In this document: piece by piece, positions 20,989 to 31,364 of the stretch | Layout: every line of letters begins with the position of its first letter | Numbering within the stretch: the stretch's first letter is position 1 | Assembly (NCBI GenBank): GCA_964482725.1 | Contig: CAYZYT010000002.1 | Span: forward strand, 74,437 to 138,436 | Length of the DNA: 64,000 nucleotides | Origin: an uncultured bacterium | GTDB taxonomy: Bacteria; Omnitrophota; Omnitrophia; Omnitrophales; Aquincolibacteriaceae | Direction: 5' to 3' | Made by a program: the position numbers and the translations under genes | The notes under the pieces: generated by a model | Database searches by the model: none | What the model was told of the DNA's origin: nothing | What the model saw: only the letters and a program-made list of their open reading frames with translations

Positions 20989-21521
20989 TGCAGGAACTTT
21001 AAACCGCGCGTGATGTAGATAATGCCTGAGACGATCGTAAAAGTTACCGTAAGAAAGGACAAAGGCACGGCGATCGGCCATTGGAGAAGAATAAAACACA
21101 GAAGAAGCATTTGAGAAACCGTCGTGAGTTTTCCCCAGAGATTGGGCTGGACTTCGATCTTCACAGCAGAAAAGTTCAGGGTTAAAAATCCAAAGAGAAG
21201 GATCATGTCGCGAAAGATGATCGTGATCGTGATCCAAAGCGGTGGTCGAAAAGGAAGCGAGGCAACACAGAGAAGACCAATGTATGCGCTCACAAGAAGT
21301 ATTTTGTCGGCAAGAGGATCCAGCATTTGCCCTAATGCCGTTCTTTGTTTCAGGAACCGGGCCAGAATTCCGTCAAGGGCGTCGGTCAGCGCGGCGACCA
21401 CAAAGATCGCCAGCGCCACGAGACGCAGGCTTTCCTTTTCGGGAGTGTAGGAAACAAGCGTGATAAAAAAAACAGGGGTAAGAAGAATTCTGAAGAGGGT
21501 CAGGTAATTCGGGATACTCAA
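20985..21521 (-). CDS. pgsA: CDP-diacylglycerol--glycerol-3-phosphate 3-phosphatidyltransferase
   Basis: 178 aa; NxLTLFRILLTP...DALDGILAR...DPLADK is the CDP-alcohol phosphatidyltransferase motif. Confidence 0.85.
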   Translation of the reverse strand: MSIPNYLTLFRILLTPVFFITLVSYTPEKESLRLVALAIFVVAALTDALDGILARFLKQRTALGQMLDPLADKILLVSAYIGLLCVASLPFRPPLWITITIIFRDMILLFGFLTLNFSAVKIEVQPNLWGKLTTVSQMLLLCFILLQWPIAVPLSFLTVTFTIVSGIIYITRGLKFLQ

Positions 21522-24500
21522 GCGCTGACGGTATCCGTAGATTCTGGGGTCGCGGCATCCGCCTCAACCTCGGCGGCGACCTTGGGATGAAGATTCTCGC
21601 CCGGAAGAGACTCTTCGCCGGAACGAACCTTCACCGAAACAATCTTTGAAATCCCGGGCTCTTCCATGGTCACGCCATAAAGTGAGTTTCCCATCGCGAT
21701 GGTCTTACGGTTGTGCGTGATGATGATAAACTGAGATTGATCAATGAACGTGTTGAGCACCGCCAGGAAGCGATCAATATTGGCTTCGTCGAGCGGAGCA
21801 TCGATCTCGTCCAAAAGACAGAAAGGCGACGGCTTGATCTTGAAAAGTGCAAAAAGGAGCGCGACCGCGGTCAGGGCTTTTTCACCGCCCGAAAGCAGCG
21901 ACATATTCTGCAGTTTTTTCCCGGGAGGACGCACAACGATATCGATTCCCGATTCGAGCGGATGGGCTTCATCGATTAGAAAGATCCGAGCTTCGCCGCC
22001 GCGAAAGAGGATCTGATAATATTGCTTGAAGGTTTCCTGAACTTGCTTGAAGGTATCCTCGAAAAGCTGCTTGGTGGTTTGATTGATCTTTCGGATGGCT
22101 TCCATGAGCGAGTTTCGTGCGTCATCGAGGTCTTTTTGTTGCGCCAGCAGGAAATCATAGCGCGTTTTTAATTCCTGATATTCCTCAATGGCAAGAAGAT
22201 TGACCGTGCCGAGAGAATCGACCTTGGTTTGTAGCGCCGCGATCGTTTCTTCGACCGAGGATAATTCTTCTTCCGAAAAAATATAATCCTGCGGGTTAAG
22301 CTCTGAAAGACTCAGCCGGTAACGCTGCAGGAGACGCTCCCCCACATTCTTAAGCTGATAGTCGAGATCCATTTGCTGAAGCGATATCTGGTGCTCTTCA
22401 TCCTGGAGGACTTTTTGGGAGTGCAGCATTTGATCCAGTGCATGGCGTTGCCCCGTCAAAAGCTCTTCCTGCTCCCGTTGATCCTTCCGCAACAGCTCAA
22501 GATCCACGTCCACAGCATGCAAACGTTGCTGGTGTTCCTCAGCAAGGCGAATCCCCGCAACCTCTTCTTGGCCAAGATCCTGCTCCTTGGATGCAATACG
22601 CTCTTTCCCAAGTTCGAGGAAAGACTGCCTCTCCTGGTCCTTTTGCGCGTGCTCTTCGACAAGTCGTCGAGATTCCTCAAGATGCCGTATCCCCTGCTGA
22701 AATTGTTCGACCTGCGTCTGACATTGCCGGACTGCGCTCAAAACTTCATCGCGGGCGCCGGTGCTCTGCTCAAGGTCTTTCTCCCTCTGGCGCTGAATCT
22801 CCCCAACTTTCAACTCTTCTTGTTCTTTTTGGGCCAGAGACGCCTGGATCTGCTCAAGAGTAACGCGGACCTGCTCGGCTTCCTGAGCCAGATCGCGCAC
22901 TTCCGAAGCGGCCAACTCACTCTCGGCCCTGAATCCCTGGAGGCGATCCTCAATGTTATTTTTCTCACTCTCGAGCGATTCCTTTTCAATGAGAGCGGAA
23001 GTCTTTTGTTCTTCCGATTCAGCGCCCTGGGCGCGTAAAGTCGTAAGTTCGTTCTCAAGATAGCCGATCTTCGCCTCTTTCTCCTGGGCTTGCGCGGTCA
23101 GGGCCCCGATCTCGGTACGGATCTTCGAAGTTTCAGAATCCCGCGAAAAATAGAACTGAGAGCGACTTTGATCGTTCCAGAAAAAAAGACGGCGGTCGGA
23201 GCTAAGGAACAGACCATCACGCGAAACAAGGTTTGCCGACGTCGGAATGGCCAAAAGCTCCTCAAGCTGATGCAACGGAAAATTTTCGCAGACAAAAACA
23301 TTCCCCAGAACACCTTCATACCCTGATTCGATCTGGACAAAATCGGCAAGCATCCGGAATCCAAAAGAAGCGTATTGCTGCGACACCTCCGGAGGGAAAG
23401 TGGTCTGCGTTTTAAGAAATATACCGGTGGCGAGTGAATGCCTCACATTCAACCGCTCCACAAGACTTCGGGCCGTGGTAACATCTCCAGCCACCAAGGA
23501 TCGGGCGAATTGTCCCAAAGCAACATCGATAGCCCACTCATAACCTTCCTGAACTTTCACGACCTCTTGAAGGCTCCGGACAAGTCCCGGGACTTGCTGG
23601 GTCGCTTCGTTCAGAAATTCCTGAAACGCGGTCAGGCTGGCACCTTCCATCTCCGTGAGAGTGTGAAGACGGGATTCTTTTTCGCGGAGCCCGAGGCGAG
23701 TCTCATGCGCTAACTTACGGAGCTCCGTAAGTTCATGCTCAAAAGCATGGGTGGTGGACCGAAGCCCTTGATGGCCACTCAAAGTACTCTGAAGTTCAGC
23801 ATTCGTGCTCTCAAGCGATTGGAGGCAAAGCCTCAGCTTTTCCTCCCAGGCAACGATCTGCTCGTTGAGCCGGCCCGCATTCGATTCTTCCCGGCGCCGC
23901 TGTGATTCCAGATTTTCCCCAAGAGCCTTGGTTCGATGAAATTCGTTGCGGGCCTGGGTCGTGACTTGAGCCGCGTCAAAGAATTCCTTACGGGCCATTT
24001 CAAGGGTGTTTTTGGCTTCCTGGATTCTGGACTCCCGGAGGTGAAGTTCCTGCGTGACCTCTGTAAGACGCGTTTGAACCTGAGAGTTTTCATTCTCCCG
24101 GACCTTGAGAAGCTCACTCAGCTCATTTTTCTTGATCCCGGCGCCTTCGATCGACTGGCGAAGCTGGTCCTGCTCCTGAAGCAGTTGGCCGCGTTGTTGT
24201 GCGAGTTCTACCCGTTTATCCCGGATAAATTGAAGCTTTTGATCATTCGTCTCGATCTGCGCGAGAGCTTGATAGCGTTCGCCCTCTTTAACGCGGCAAC
24301 GCTGCCCGATCCCCCGGACACGCGTTTCCTGATCTTCGATCGTTTGATGCTGACCTTGGAGCTTTGACTCAAGCGCTGTGAGCTCATCTTTTTTGGACTG
24401 GAAGTTTTGAATCAGATCGATCTTTTTTTGCTCGATCTTTCGCTGGTCATGAAACGCCCGCTTAATTTCAAGCATTTTGAGGCGTTCAAGCTCCAATTTG

Positions 24501-25144
24501 TAACGCTCGGCTCGCTTGGCCTGGCGCTCGGCATACTGGATATTCTTCTGGACTTCAAAGACGATATCCTGAAGGCGCTTCAGATTCTCTTCCGTGCGTT
24601 CGAGCTTGCGAATCGATTCGTCTTTTTTAACTTTGTACTTGGCGATCCCTGCGGCTTCTTCAATAAGGAAACGGCGTTCTTCCGGATCCGCTTTGAGAAT
24701 GTAATCGATCCTTCCCTGTTCGATCATGGAGTAAGAGGAGGAACCAATCCCGGTATCGAGGATTAGGTCTTGAATATCCTTGAGACGACACTGGGTTTTA
24801 TTGAGGAGATATTCGCTTTCCCCGGTGCGATAAAGGCGGCGAGTAAGGGTGACTTCATTATATTCGATCGGCATACCACGGTCCGCATTGTCGATCGTGA
24901 GGGAGACTTCGGCGAAGGCGAGGGGTTTACGGACTTCTGTTCCGTTAAAAATAACGTCTTCCATGGTCGAGCCGCGCAGAAGCTTCGCGCTACGCTCCCC
25001 TAAAACCCAACGGATAGCGTCTGAGACATTGCTCTTACCACAACCGTTAGGACCGACGATGCAAGTGACCCCTTGGTCAAAGGCAACCTCGGTTTTTTCG
25101 GCGAAGGACTTGAAACCTAGTAGCTCAAGTTTTTTAAGGCGCAT
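21518..25144 (-). CDS. smc: Chromosome partition protein Smc
   Basis: 1208 aa; N-terminal Walker A GPNGCGKSN, long coiled coils, a hinge, and C-terminal LSGGEKALTAVALLFALF...LDEIDAPLD. Confidence 0.93.
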   Translation of the reverse strand: MRLKKLELLGFKSFAEKTEVAFDQGVTCIVGPNGCGKSNVSDAIRWVLGERSAKLLRGSTMEDVIFNGTEVRKPLAFAEVSLTIDNADRGMPIEYNEVTLTRRLYRTGESEYLLNKTQCRLKDIQDLILDTGIGSSSYSMIEQGRIDYILKADPEERRFLIEEAAGIAKYKVKKDESIRKLERTEENLKRLQDIVFEVQKNIQYAERQAKRAERYKLELERLKMLEIKRAFHDQRKIEQKKIDLIQNFQSKKDELTALESKLQGQHQTIEDQETRVRGIGQRCRVKEGERYQALAQIETNDQKLQFIRDKRVELAQQRGQLLQEQDQLRQSIEGAGIKKNELSELLKVRENENSQVQTRLTEVTQELHLRESRIQEAKNTLEMARKEFFDAAQVTTQARNEFHRTKALGENLESQRRREESNAGRLNEQIVAWEEKLRLCLQSLESTNAELQSTLSGHQGLRSTTHAFEHELTELRKLAHETRLGLREKESRLHTLTEMEGASLTAFQEFLNEATQQVPGLVRSLQEVVKVQEGYEWAIDVALGQFARSLVAGDVTTARSLVERLNVRHSLATGIFLKTQTTFPPEVSQQYASFGFRMLADFVQIESGYEGVLGNVFVCENFPLHQLEELLAIPTSANLVSRDGLFLSSDRRLFFWNDQSRSQFYFSRDSETSKIRTEIGALTAQAQEKEAKIGYLENELTTLRAQGAESEEQKTSALIEKESLESEKNNIEDRLQGFRAESELAASEVRDLAQEAEQVRVTLEQIQASLAQKEQEELKVGEIQRQREKDLEQSTGARDEVLSAVRQCQTQVEQFQQGIRHLEESRRLVEEHAQKDQERQSFLELGKERIASKEQDLGQEEVAGIRLAEEHQQRLHAVDVDLELLRKDQREQEELLTGQRHALDQMLHSQKVLQDEEHQISLQQMDLDYQLKNVGERLLQRYRLSLSELNPQDYIFSEEELSSVEETIAALQTKVDSLGTVNLLAIEEYQELKTRYDFLLAQQKDLDDARNSLMEAIRKINQTTKQLFEDTFKQVQETFKQYYQILFRGGEARIFLIDEAHPLESGIDIVVRPPGKKLQNMSLLSGGEKALTAVALLFALFKIKPSPFCLLDEIDAPLDEANIDRFLAVLNTFIDQSQFIIITHNRKTIAMGNSLYGVTMEEPGISKIVSVKVRSGEESLPGENLHPKVAAEVEADAATPESTDTVSA

Positions 25145-25224
25145 ACATGCCCGCTCTGAGGATAGAGCTGGCCCCCTTTAGGGTTAACCCTTACATCTAA
25201 TATTACGGCGGCAAAGGGTACTGT

Positions 25225-25255
25225 CTGAAGAGAAAAAAAACAGGGCCTATTCCTG
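25225..25255 (-). terminator. Possible weak intrinsic terminator after fabF (short stem that includes the stop codon, followed by T8)
   Basis: Minus-strand reading: CAGGAATAGGCCCTG then TTTTTTTT. The stem is only about 4 bp, so this is marginal. Confidence 0.25.
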
Positions 25256-26488
25256 ATACGCCTTGAACGCGATACAGGCGTTGTGGCCCCCGAAACCCAA
25301 CGAATTCGACAAAGTGAACCGAACGCGACAGGCTTGAGCTTCGTTCGGAACGTAATTTAAATCACAATCCGGGTCGGGATGCTTGTAATTAATGGTCGGA
25401 GGAACGATCTGGTCACGTATCGCCAGAACGCACGCTGCGCCTTCGACGGCACCCGCCGCTCCGAGAAGGTGTCCCGTCATAGACTTAGTCGAGCTGATAC
25501 GCACCTTCCGCGCGACATCTTCTCCCAAAGCTTTCTTGATGGCCAAGGTCTCAACTTTGTCGTTCAAAGGCGTTGAGGTCCCGTGCGCATTGATATAGTC
25601 GACATCCTCGGGACGGATACCCGCATCTTTCATGGCAATGATCATGCAGCGAGCAGCGCCTTCTCCGCTCGGATCCGGAGCCGTGATATGACTCGCGTCG
25701 GACGTCATGCCATAGCCCGCCATTTCAGCATAGATTCTGGCCCCGCGTTTCTTAGCATGCTCCAACTCTTCCATGATCAGAACCGCGCAACCTTCCCCCA
25801 TCACGAATCCACTGCGGGTCTTATCAAACGGCCGGGATGCCGTCGCGGGATTTTCATTATGGGTACTTAATGCCTTCATGGCGTCAAACCCGCCAAAGCC
25901 AAGGTTGGTGATGCAGGATTCCGTGCCGCCAGCGAACATGACATCCGCTTCGTTACGTTGGATGATCTTAAATGCATCTCCGATGGCGTTGGAACCGGTT
26001 GCGCAAGCCGTCGCCACGCAAGTACTTGGCCCCTTGAGTCCCAAAGCGATCGATATCGCCCCAGGCGCCATATTGACAATAAGCATCGGAATCAGGAAGG
26101 GTGAAATACGGCCCGGTCCTTTTTCCATCATCTGGCGATGCTGTTCTTCGATCACACGCAGTCCCCCGATACCGGACCCCACCAAGATACCGACGCGGTG
26201 AGCGTCTTCCTTGGAGATGTCTAATTTGGCGTCTTCCATGGCCATCTTGGCGGTGGCGACTCCGAATTGAACAAAAATGTCCGTCTTCTTGATTTCCTTC
26301 AGGGACATGTATTTGGCAGGCTCGAAGTTCTTCACCTCGGCAGCGACTTTGGAATTAAAAGGGGTTGAGTCGATCTGGGTCAGAGGACCCGTACCGCTCA
26401 TGCCTTTCAAAAAGCCTTGCCAAGTCTCTTCGGCGGTATTGGCAACAGGAGTGATCATCCCAATGCCGGTAATAACTACACGACGCAT
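25247..26488 (-). CDS. fabF: 3-oxoacyl-ACP synthase II
   Basis: 413 aa; active-site ATACATGSNAIG (Cys), plus HGTSTP and GHLLGAAG motifs. Confidence 0.95.
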   Translation of the reverse strand: MRRVVITGIGMITPVANTAEETWQGFLKGMSGTGPLTQIDSTPFNSKVAAEVKNFEPAKYMSLKEIKKTDIFVQFGVATAKMAMEDAKLDISKEDAHRVGILVGSGIGGLRVIEEQHRQMMEKGPGRISPFLIPMLIVNMAPGAISIALGLKGPSTCVATACATGSNAIGDAFKIIQRNEADVMFAGGTESCITNLGFGGFDAMKALSTHNENPATASRPFDKTRSGFVMGEGCAVLIMEELEHAKKRGARIYAEMAGYGMTSDASHITAPDPSGEGAARCMIIAMKDAGIRPEDVDYINAHGTSTPLNDKVETLAIKKALGEDVARKVRISSTKSMTGHLLGAAGAVEGAACVLAIRDQIVPPTINYKHPDPDCDLNYVPNEAQACRVRFTLSNSLGFGGHNACIAFKAYQE

Positions 26489-26544
26489 GATAGTTGGGTT
26501 TCCTTGGGTGAAAAGGATTTTTCAGGAGAGAAAGGACGAGCCGC

Positions 26545-26784
26545 TTACTTCTGGCTCGTCTTTTCAGAAACGTACTTAATGGCATCCCCTACGGTCTGGA
26601 GCTTTTCCGCATCTTCATCCGGAATTTCTGCGCCAAACTCTTCCTCAAAAGCCATAACGAGCTCAACCGTATCCAGGGAATCCGCTCCGAGATCATCCAC
26701 GAAGGATGCTTCGGGAACGACTTCCTCGGGTTTCACACCAAGCTGCTCGACGATAATTTCTGTGATCTTTTCTTGAACGCCCAT
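26545..26784 (-). CDS. acpP: Acyl carrier protein
   Basis: 79 aa; [21 protein letters not shown], including the phosphopantetheine-attachment Ser. Confidence 0.93.
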   Translation of the reverse strand: MGVQEKITEIIVEQLGVKPEEVVPEASFVDDLGADSLDTVELVMAFEEEFGAEIPDEDAEKLQTVGDAIKYVSEKTSQK

Positions 26785-26833
26785 CGATGTTTCCTCCTTT
26801 AGAGATTGATAACTTTACTGCTTGATAATCACA

Positions 26834-27577
26834 TCAGATTACGAGACCACCGTCCACAACGATCGTTTGTCCAGTGACGTACGCTGATGCTTCTGATGCC
26901 AGAAATACAGCAACATTCGCTACATCTTGAGGCTCGCCAAGACGCCTAAGCCCGATCCGCTCTTTCATTTTTTCGACCAGATCCGGCGGAAGCTTGTCGG
27001 TCATCTTGCTCTTGATAAAACCCGGCGCGATCGCGTTGGCCCGAATATTTCGCTTCGCCAACTCCTTCGCCGTGCTCTTTGTCAAAGCGATCATGCCCCC
27101 TTTTGAGGCCGCATAGTTCGCCTGACCGGCGTTCCCAGAGATCCCGATGATAGAAGCGATATTAATGATCGCTCCGGCACGTTGTTTCATCATGGGCCTT
27201 GCGCACTCTTTGGTGAAGAGGAATGCGCTCTTCAAATTGATCGAAAGAACATCGTCCCAGTCCTGTTCGGACATGGTCGCGAGCAATCCGTCCTTCGTAA
27301 TGCCCGCAACGTTGACGAGTATATCGATGCGATCAAAGGTGTCAAGAGCGATTTTGACAACTTGCTCAACTTCATCCCCATTCGCCACATTGGCTTGCGT
27401 CAAAAGGCATTTTGGAGATCCTGCCTGTTTTGCGAGCGCCTCCGTCTCCGTCAAAAACTCGGTTTTGAGGTCCGAAAGCACCAAAATAGCGCCTTCTTTT
27501 GCGAACGCAAGGGCGATCGCCTGACCAATCCCGCGCCCAGCGCCGGTTACAAGCGCCACTTTATCCTTAAGCATCAT
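26834..27577 (-). CDS. fabG: 3-oxoacyl-ACP reductase
   Basis: 247 aa short-chain dehydrogenase; VTGAGRGIGQAIA and NIASIIGISGNAGQANYAASKGG (YxxxK). Confidence 0.93.
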   Translation of the reverse strand: MMLKDKVALVTGAGRGIGQAIALAFAKEGAILVLSDLKTEFLTETEALAKQAGSPKCLLTQANVANGDEVEQVVKIALDTFDRIDILVNVAGITKDGLLATMSEQDWDDVLSINLKSAFLFTKECARPMMKQRAGAIINIASIIGISGNAGQANYAASKGGMIALTKSTAKELAKRNIRANAIAPGFIKSKMTDKLPPDLVEKMKERIGLRRLGEPQDVANVAVFLASEASAYVTGQTIVVDGGLVI

Positions 27578-27595
27578 GAGCCACTCTCCTTATCG

Positions 27596-28570
27596 TTATG
27601 ATTGTGCCAACAACATGAGTGCGTCGAGACCTTTAAAATCAGTCACAGCGCCAAATGAAATCACTTCCAGTTCCGGCTGGCACTTGCGCGCCAACCCCTT
27701 GAGAATCTTCCCAGGACCGATTTCCAGATAGGTGGTGATCCCACATTCCTTGGCCGTCGCCAAAGTCCTGACCCACTGAACCGAACTCGTCAGCTGCTTC
27801 GAAAGGAGCGCGCGGATCTCCTCGGGATTTGAAACCCTTTGCGCGGTGACATTGGGAATAAAAGCGCACTTGGGCTCATGGATGGGCGTGTTGGCAAGCG
27901 CGGTCTCGAGCCGGGCCTTCGCCTCGCCCATAAGAGAGGAATGAAAAGCCCCGCCGACTTTAAGCGGCATCGCACGCTTGGCCCCTTTGCTTTCGGCGAT
28001 CGAACACGCCTTTTCAATGGACGGGACTGTCCCTGAAAGAACCGTCTGATCGGGAGCATTTAGATTTGCAACCTCGCAACCCGCCTCATGGGCCACGTCG
28101 GTACATTGTTCCAGCGTAAGCCCCATGATGAAGGCCATCGTCCCGGGATTATTCTTAGCAGCCTCTTCCATGGCCTCGGCTCGAACTTGCACAAGCTTCA
28201 AGGCGTCATCAAAGGAGATCGCCTCAGAAGCGGTCAACGCCGTGAACTCCCCAAGACTTAAACCTGCGACGAGCGAAGGCTTGAGAGCGGGATTCTTTTC
28301 ACGGAGCACCGCCAACGCCGCGAGGCTTGTAACGAGTATGCCGGTCTGAGCATAAAGAGTTCGGGTCAATTCGGTTTCAGGGCCGGAGAAACAGATCTGA
28401 CTGAGGGAATAGCCCAAGATCTCGTCGGCTTTTTTATAAAGCTCTCGAGCGGCCGGGCTCTGATCGTAAAGATCCTTTCCCATGCCCACAAATTGAGCGC
28501 CCTGGCCTGGAAATAAAAAACCAATGGGTTGGATCATCGGGACTACCACTTGATGAGGCTTGCGCCCCAC
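27596..28570 (-). CDS. fabD: Malonyl CoA-ACP transacylase
   Basis: 324 aa; FLFPGQGAQFVGMG and GLSLGEFTAL (active-site Ser). Confidence 0.93.
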   Translation of the reverse strand: MGRKPHQVVVPMIQPIGFLFPGQGAQFVGMGKDLYDQSPAARELYKKADEILGYSLSQICFSGPETELTRTLYAQTGILVTSLAALAVLREKNPALKPSLVAGLSLGEFTALTASEAISFDDALKLVQVRAEAMEEAAKNNPGTMAFIMGLTLEQCTDVAHEAGCEVANLNAPDQTVLSGTVPSIEKACSIAESKGAKRAMPLKVGGAFHSSLMGEAKARLETALANTPIHEPKCAFIPNVTAQRVSNPEEIRALLSKQLTSSVQWVRTLATAKECGITTYLEIGPGKILKGLARKCQPELEVISFGAVTDFKGLDALMLLAQS

Positions 28571-29529
28571 GTGAGGCCACCGCCGAAAGCAACGAGGACC
28601 ACATAGTCCCCCTTTTTGACCGCCCCACTCTTCACGGCCTCATAAAGAGCGACCACCGTGGAAGCGCTTGACATATTGCCGTAGCGATCCACGTTGATAA
28701 AAACCTTTTCAGGCGCGATCTTAAGGCGTTCCGCTACAGCCTGGAGAATACGATTGTTAGCCTGATGCGGGATGAGACAGTGGATGTCGTTGATTTGAAG
28801 GTTTTCATGTTCCAGAACCTTGAGCACGGCCTGTTCCATTGTCTTAACCGCGATCTTGAAAAGTTCTGGGCCGGCCATACGGATGTAATGCTGTCCATTC
28901 GCAACGCTTTCAGCGCTCGGAGGGATCCTGGAGCCGCCCGCAGGGATCTGGAGGATCTCGCTTTGATTGCCATCGGCCCCCAAGTAGGAGGCAAGGATAC
29001 CGTGACCGTCCTTGGATCTGGAAACAACGGCCGCTCCGGCGCCGTCACCAAAAAGAACGCAGGTGCCGCGGTCTTTCCAATTAATGAATCTTGAGATTGT
29101 TTCGGCTCCAACGACCAGCACATGTTTATAAATGCCGGACTTTACAAATCCTTCCGCGACGGAAAGGGCGTAAGCAAAACCAGAACAGGCCGCCGCGAGG
29201 TCAAAAGCGCCGCAGGTCGCACCGAGCTTTGCCTGAAGATAACAAGAAGCCGAAGGAAAGATCATATCCGGCGAAGTGGTCGCGACGATGATGAGCTCGA
29301 GATCCTGTGGGGTCAGCCCGGCATCCTTCAGAGCTTCCTGGGCGGCGGGCAGAGCGAGATCGCTTGTGGCTTGTTCCTTCGCCGCGATACGGCGCTCACG
29401 GATGCCGGTACGCGTACGGATCCAATCGTCCGTGGTATCAACGATCTTTTCGATATCCGCGTTCGTTAATACTTTTTCGGGCAAATAAGCCCCAAGCCCT
29501 GTAATGGCAGCACGATACGGTGCGGTCAT
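28543..29529 (-). CDS. fabH: 3-oxoacyl-ACP synthase III
   Basis: 328 aa; AAACSGFAYAL (Cys), HQANNRI, and the GFGGGLTWGASL ending. Confidence 0.93.
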   Translation of the reverse strand: MTAPYRAAITGLGAYLPEKVLTNADIEKIVDTTDDWIRTRTGIRERRIAAKEQATSDLALPAAQEALKDAGLTPQDLELIIVATTSPDMIFPSASCYLQAKLGATCGAFDLAAACSGFAYALSVAEGFVKSGIYKHVLVVGAETISRFINWKDRGTCVLFGDGAGAAVVSRSKDGHGILASYLGADGNQSEILQIPAGGSRIPPSAESVANGQHYIRMAGPELFKIAVKTMEQAVLKVLEHENLQINDIHCLIPHQANNRILQAVAERLKIAPEKVFINVDRYGNMSSASTVVALYEAVKSGAVKKGDYVVLVAFGGGLTWGASLIKW

Positions 29530-29570
29530 GATTCCTTTTTGGTCCTTGCGGAATTAGTCCCAATCCCAAT

Positions 29571-29639
29571 CAATTTCAGAGAATCTGAAATTGGGGCAAT
29601 CCTGACTGCCCTTAATTAAAAGAAAATGAAAGTCAGGAT
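29571..29639. promoter_or_regulatory. Two inverted repeats in the plsX-fabH spacer (AATTTCAGA-gaa-TCTGAAATT; ATCCTGACT-N23-AGTCAGGAT); candidate operator or attenuator
   Basis: Seen directly. The first is a perfect 9-3-9 palindrome at 29573-29593. The second abuts the plsX stop. Confidence 0.25.
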
Positions 29640-29641
29640 AG

Positions 29642-30691
29642 TTACACATTGCTGGGTTTACGCTCCGTCGGAGGAACGGACGAAACGGAATGACTCAGAT
29701 ACGGGGTAATGGCTTCCACGATCTGCGCGTTAACGCGCGTAGTGACAAGTTCTCCCGCAACGCGGATCGCATTACGGATGGCGAGCGCGGAGGAAATGCC
29801 GTGACTGATGATCACGTTTCCGTCGACGCCCAAAAGCGGCGCCCCCCCGGCTTCTTCATAATCCGTCTCTTTGCGGATAGACGAAAGCGCGGGCTTTAAA
29901 AGCCACGCGGCGATCGAAGTGATCGGATTCTTGCGGAGCTCACGTCCGATGAGAGCGACCGAAGTTTCCAGAACGCTTTCGATCATCTTCAGGACCACAT
30001 TACCGACAAAACCGTCGCAGATGATGCAATCGGCCTTTCCGGTGAAGAAATCGCGACCTTCGATGTTTCCAATAAAGTTGAGCGTGGACTCCCGAAGAAG
30101 CTTGTACGTCTCCTTGATAACTTCAGTACCTTTGGATTCTTCTTCCCCGATATTAAGAAGTCCGATCGTCGGGCGCTTTTTCTTGAGAATACTTTTGGCG
30201 AAAACGTCTGCCATGATCGCGTACTGGAAAAGTTCATAAGCGGAGGGGTTCAAATTCGCACCCACATCGACCGTGACCGACATCCCGTGAAGCGTGGGGG
30301 TCGCAATAGCAATGCCAGGACGCTTGATCCCGGGCAACATGCCAAGATGGAGCGTCGAAGCAGCAACCATGGCGCCCGTGTTTCCTGCAGAAACAGCCGC
30401 GGCGCAATCTTTCTTCTTCAACAGATCAATGCAAACGCCGATCGAGGAATCTTTTTTCTTGCGGAGCGCGGCGACAGGCGACTCCCCCATACCAATAACA
30501 TCACTCGCTTCAAGGAGGACGATCTTGCCGCCAAGAACCTTATGCTTATTCAGTTCCCGCTTTAGAGCGGCGGTCTGACCGACCAGAACGATCTCCAGAT
30601 GTTCGAAATCGTTGGCGGCCATGACAGCCCCCTCGACCACGACCTGCGGAGCGTAATCCCCTCCCATCCCGTCCAGAGCGATCCGGATCAT
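29642..30691 (-). CDS. plsX: Phosphate acyltransferase PlsX
   Basis: 349 aa; MIRIALDGMGGDYAP... is the PlsX family N-terminus. Confidence 0.93.
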   Translation of the reverse strand: MIRIALDGMGGDYAPQVVVEGAVMAANDFEHLEIVLVGQTAALKRELNKHKVLGGKIVLLEASDVIGMGESPVAALRKKKDSSIGVCIDLLKKKDCAAAVSAGNTGAMVAASTLHLGMLPGIKRPGIAIATPTLHGMSVTVDVGANLNPSAYELFQYAIMADVFAKSILKKKRPTIGLLNIGEEESKGTEVIKETYKLLRESTLNFIGNIEGRDFFTGKADCIICDGFVGNVVLKMIESVLETSVALIGRELRKNPITSIAAWLLKPALSSIRKETDYEEAGGAPLLGVDGNVIISHGISSALAIRNAIRVAGELVTTRVNAQIVEAITPYLSHSVSSVPPTERKPSNV

Positions 30692-30696
30692 GGAGA

Positions 30697-30894
30697 TTAT
30701 TCCTTCTCCTGGGTCTTGACCTTGATGGCCTTCACCAGCTTACCTTTATAGAAGCCACAGGAAGCACAGACGCGGTGGGGCAGGATAAACGCGCCACATT
30801 GAGCGCATTGCGACCGGGACTTCAGAACCAAATGGTCGTTGGCCCGACGTAAGCGCGAGCGCGTATTTGAATGTTTTCTCTTAGGATGTGCCAT
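30697..30894 (-). CDS. rpmF: 50S ribosomal protein L32
   Basis: 65 aa; MAHPKRKHSNTRSRLRR...CxxC...CxxC. Confidence 0.9.
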   Translation of the reverse strand: MAHPKRKHSNTRSRLRRANDHLVLKSRSQCAQCGAFILPHRVCASCGFYKGKLVKAIKVKTQEKE

Positions 30895-31363
30895 GAGGTT
30901 GCTCCTTCTTGGATTTCTCTTTTTTTATGATGACTGGGGAAGCATGATAGCCATTTTCTTTACAATTGCAAGCGCCTTCATTGAGATCAATACCACAGTG
31001 AGGGCAAAGTCCCCGGCAGCTTTCTTTGCACAGATGCACGAGCGGATGTTCGACAATCAGAAGTTCCCGAACATTCTCCAAGGGCTCAACCGCGTCCTTC
31101 CCCGAAAGGTCAAAGATCCAGTCAACGTCAAAGGATAATTTCTCAGGCTTCTCTTTGAGGCATTTCCCGCAGACCCTTTTAACCTCGGTCGTCAGAGTTC
31201 CCTGCAAACGAAGCATGCCGCCGCTTTTTTCAGCTTCGCCTGAAAGAAGTATGGGCTCCGTATAAAGCATGTCCGGGAACTCCACCTCGATCGTCTTCGC
31301 GTCATAGGATCCCTCCACCGGGACCGAAAGACCCTCTTCAAATTCTGAAAGGATGAGTTTCAT
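30881..31363 (-). CDS. yceD: YceD/DUF177 family protein (23S rRNA accumulation protein) upstream of rpmF
   Basis: Conserved yceD-rpmF-plsX arrangement with a C-terminal Cys-rich CPHCGIDLNEGACNC. The likely start is MKLILSEFEE at 31363. Confidence 0.7.
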   Translation of the reverse strand: MKLILSEFEEGLSVPVEGSYDAKTIEVEFPDMLYTEPILLSGEAEKSGGMLRLQGTLTTEVKRVCGKCLKEKPEKLSFDVDWIFDLSGKDAVEPLENVRELLIVEHPLVHLCKESCRGLCPHCGIDLNEGACNCKENGYHASPVIIKKEKSKKEQPHGTS

Positions 31364-31364
31364 G

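Noticed and set aside
6579-21237. Long N-terminal extensions in the ORF track for trpD (to 7754), M15 (to 11558), hisA (to 13422), hisB (to 15004), plsY (to 21237), rsmD (to 32616), fmt (to 41698) and the CBS kinase (to 40581)
   Set aside because: The extensions overlap the upstream gene and lack homology. Internal ATG or GTG starts coincide with the upstream stop codons (ATGA-type coupling) and with the conserved N-termini, so the shorter coordinates were reported.
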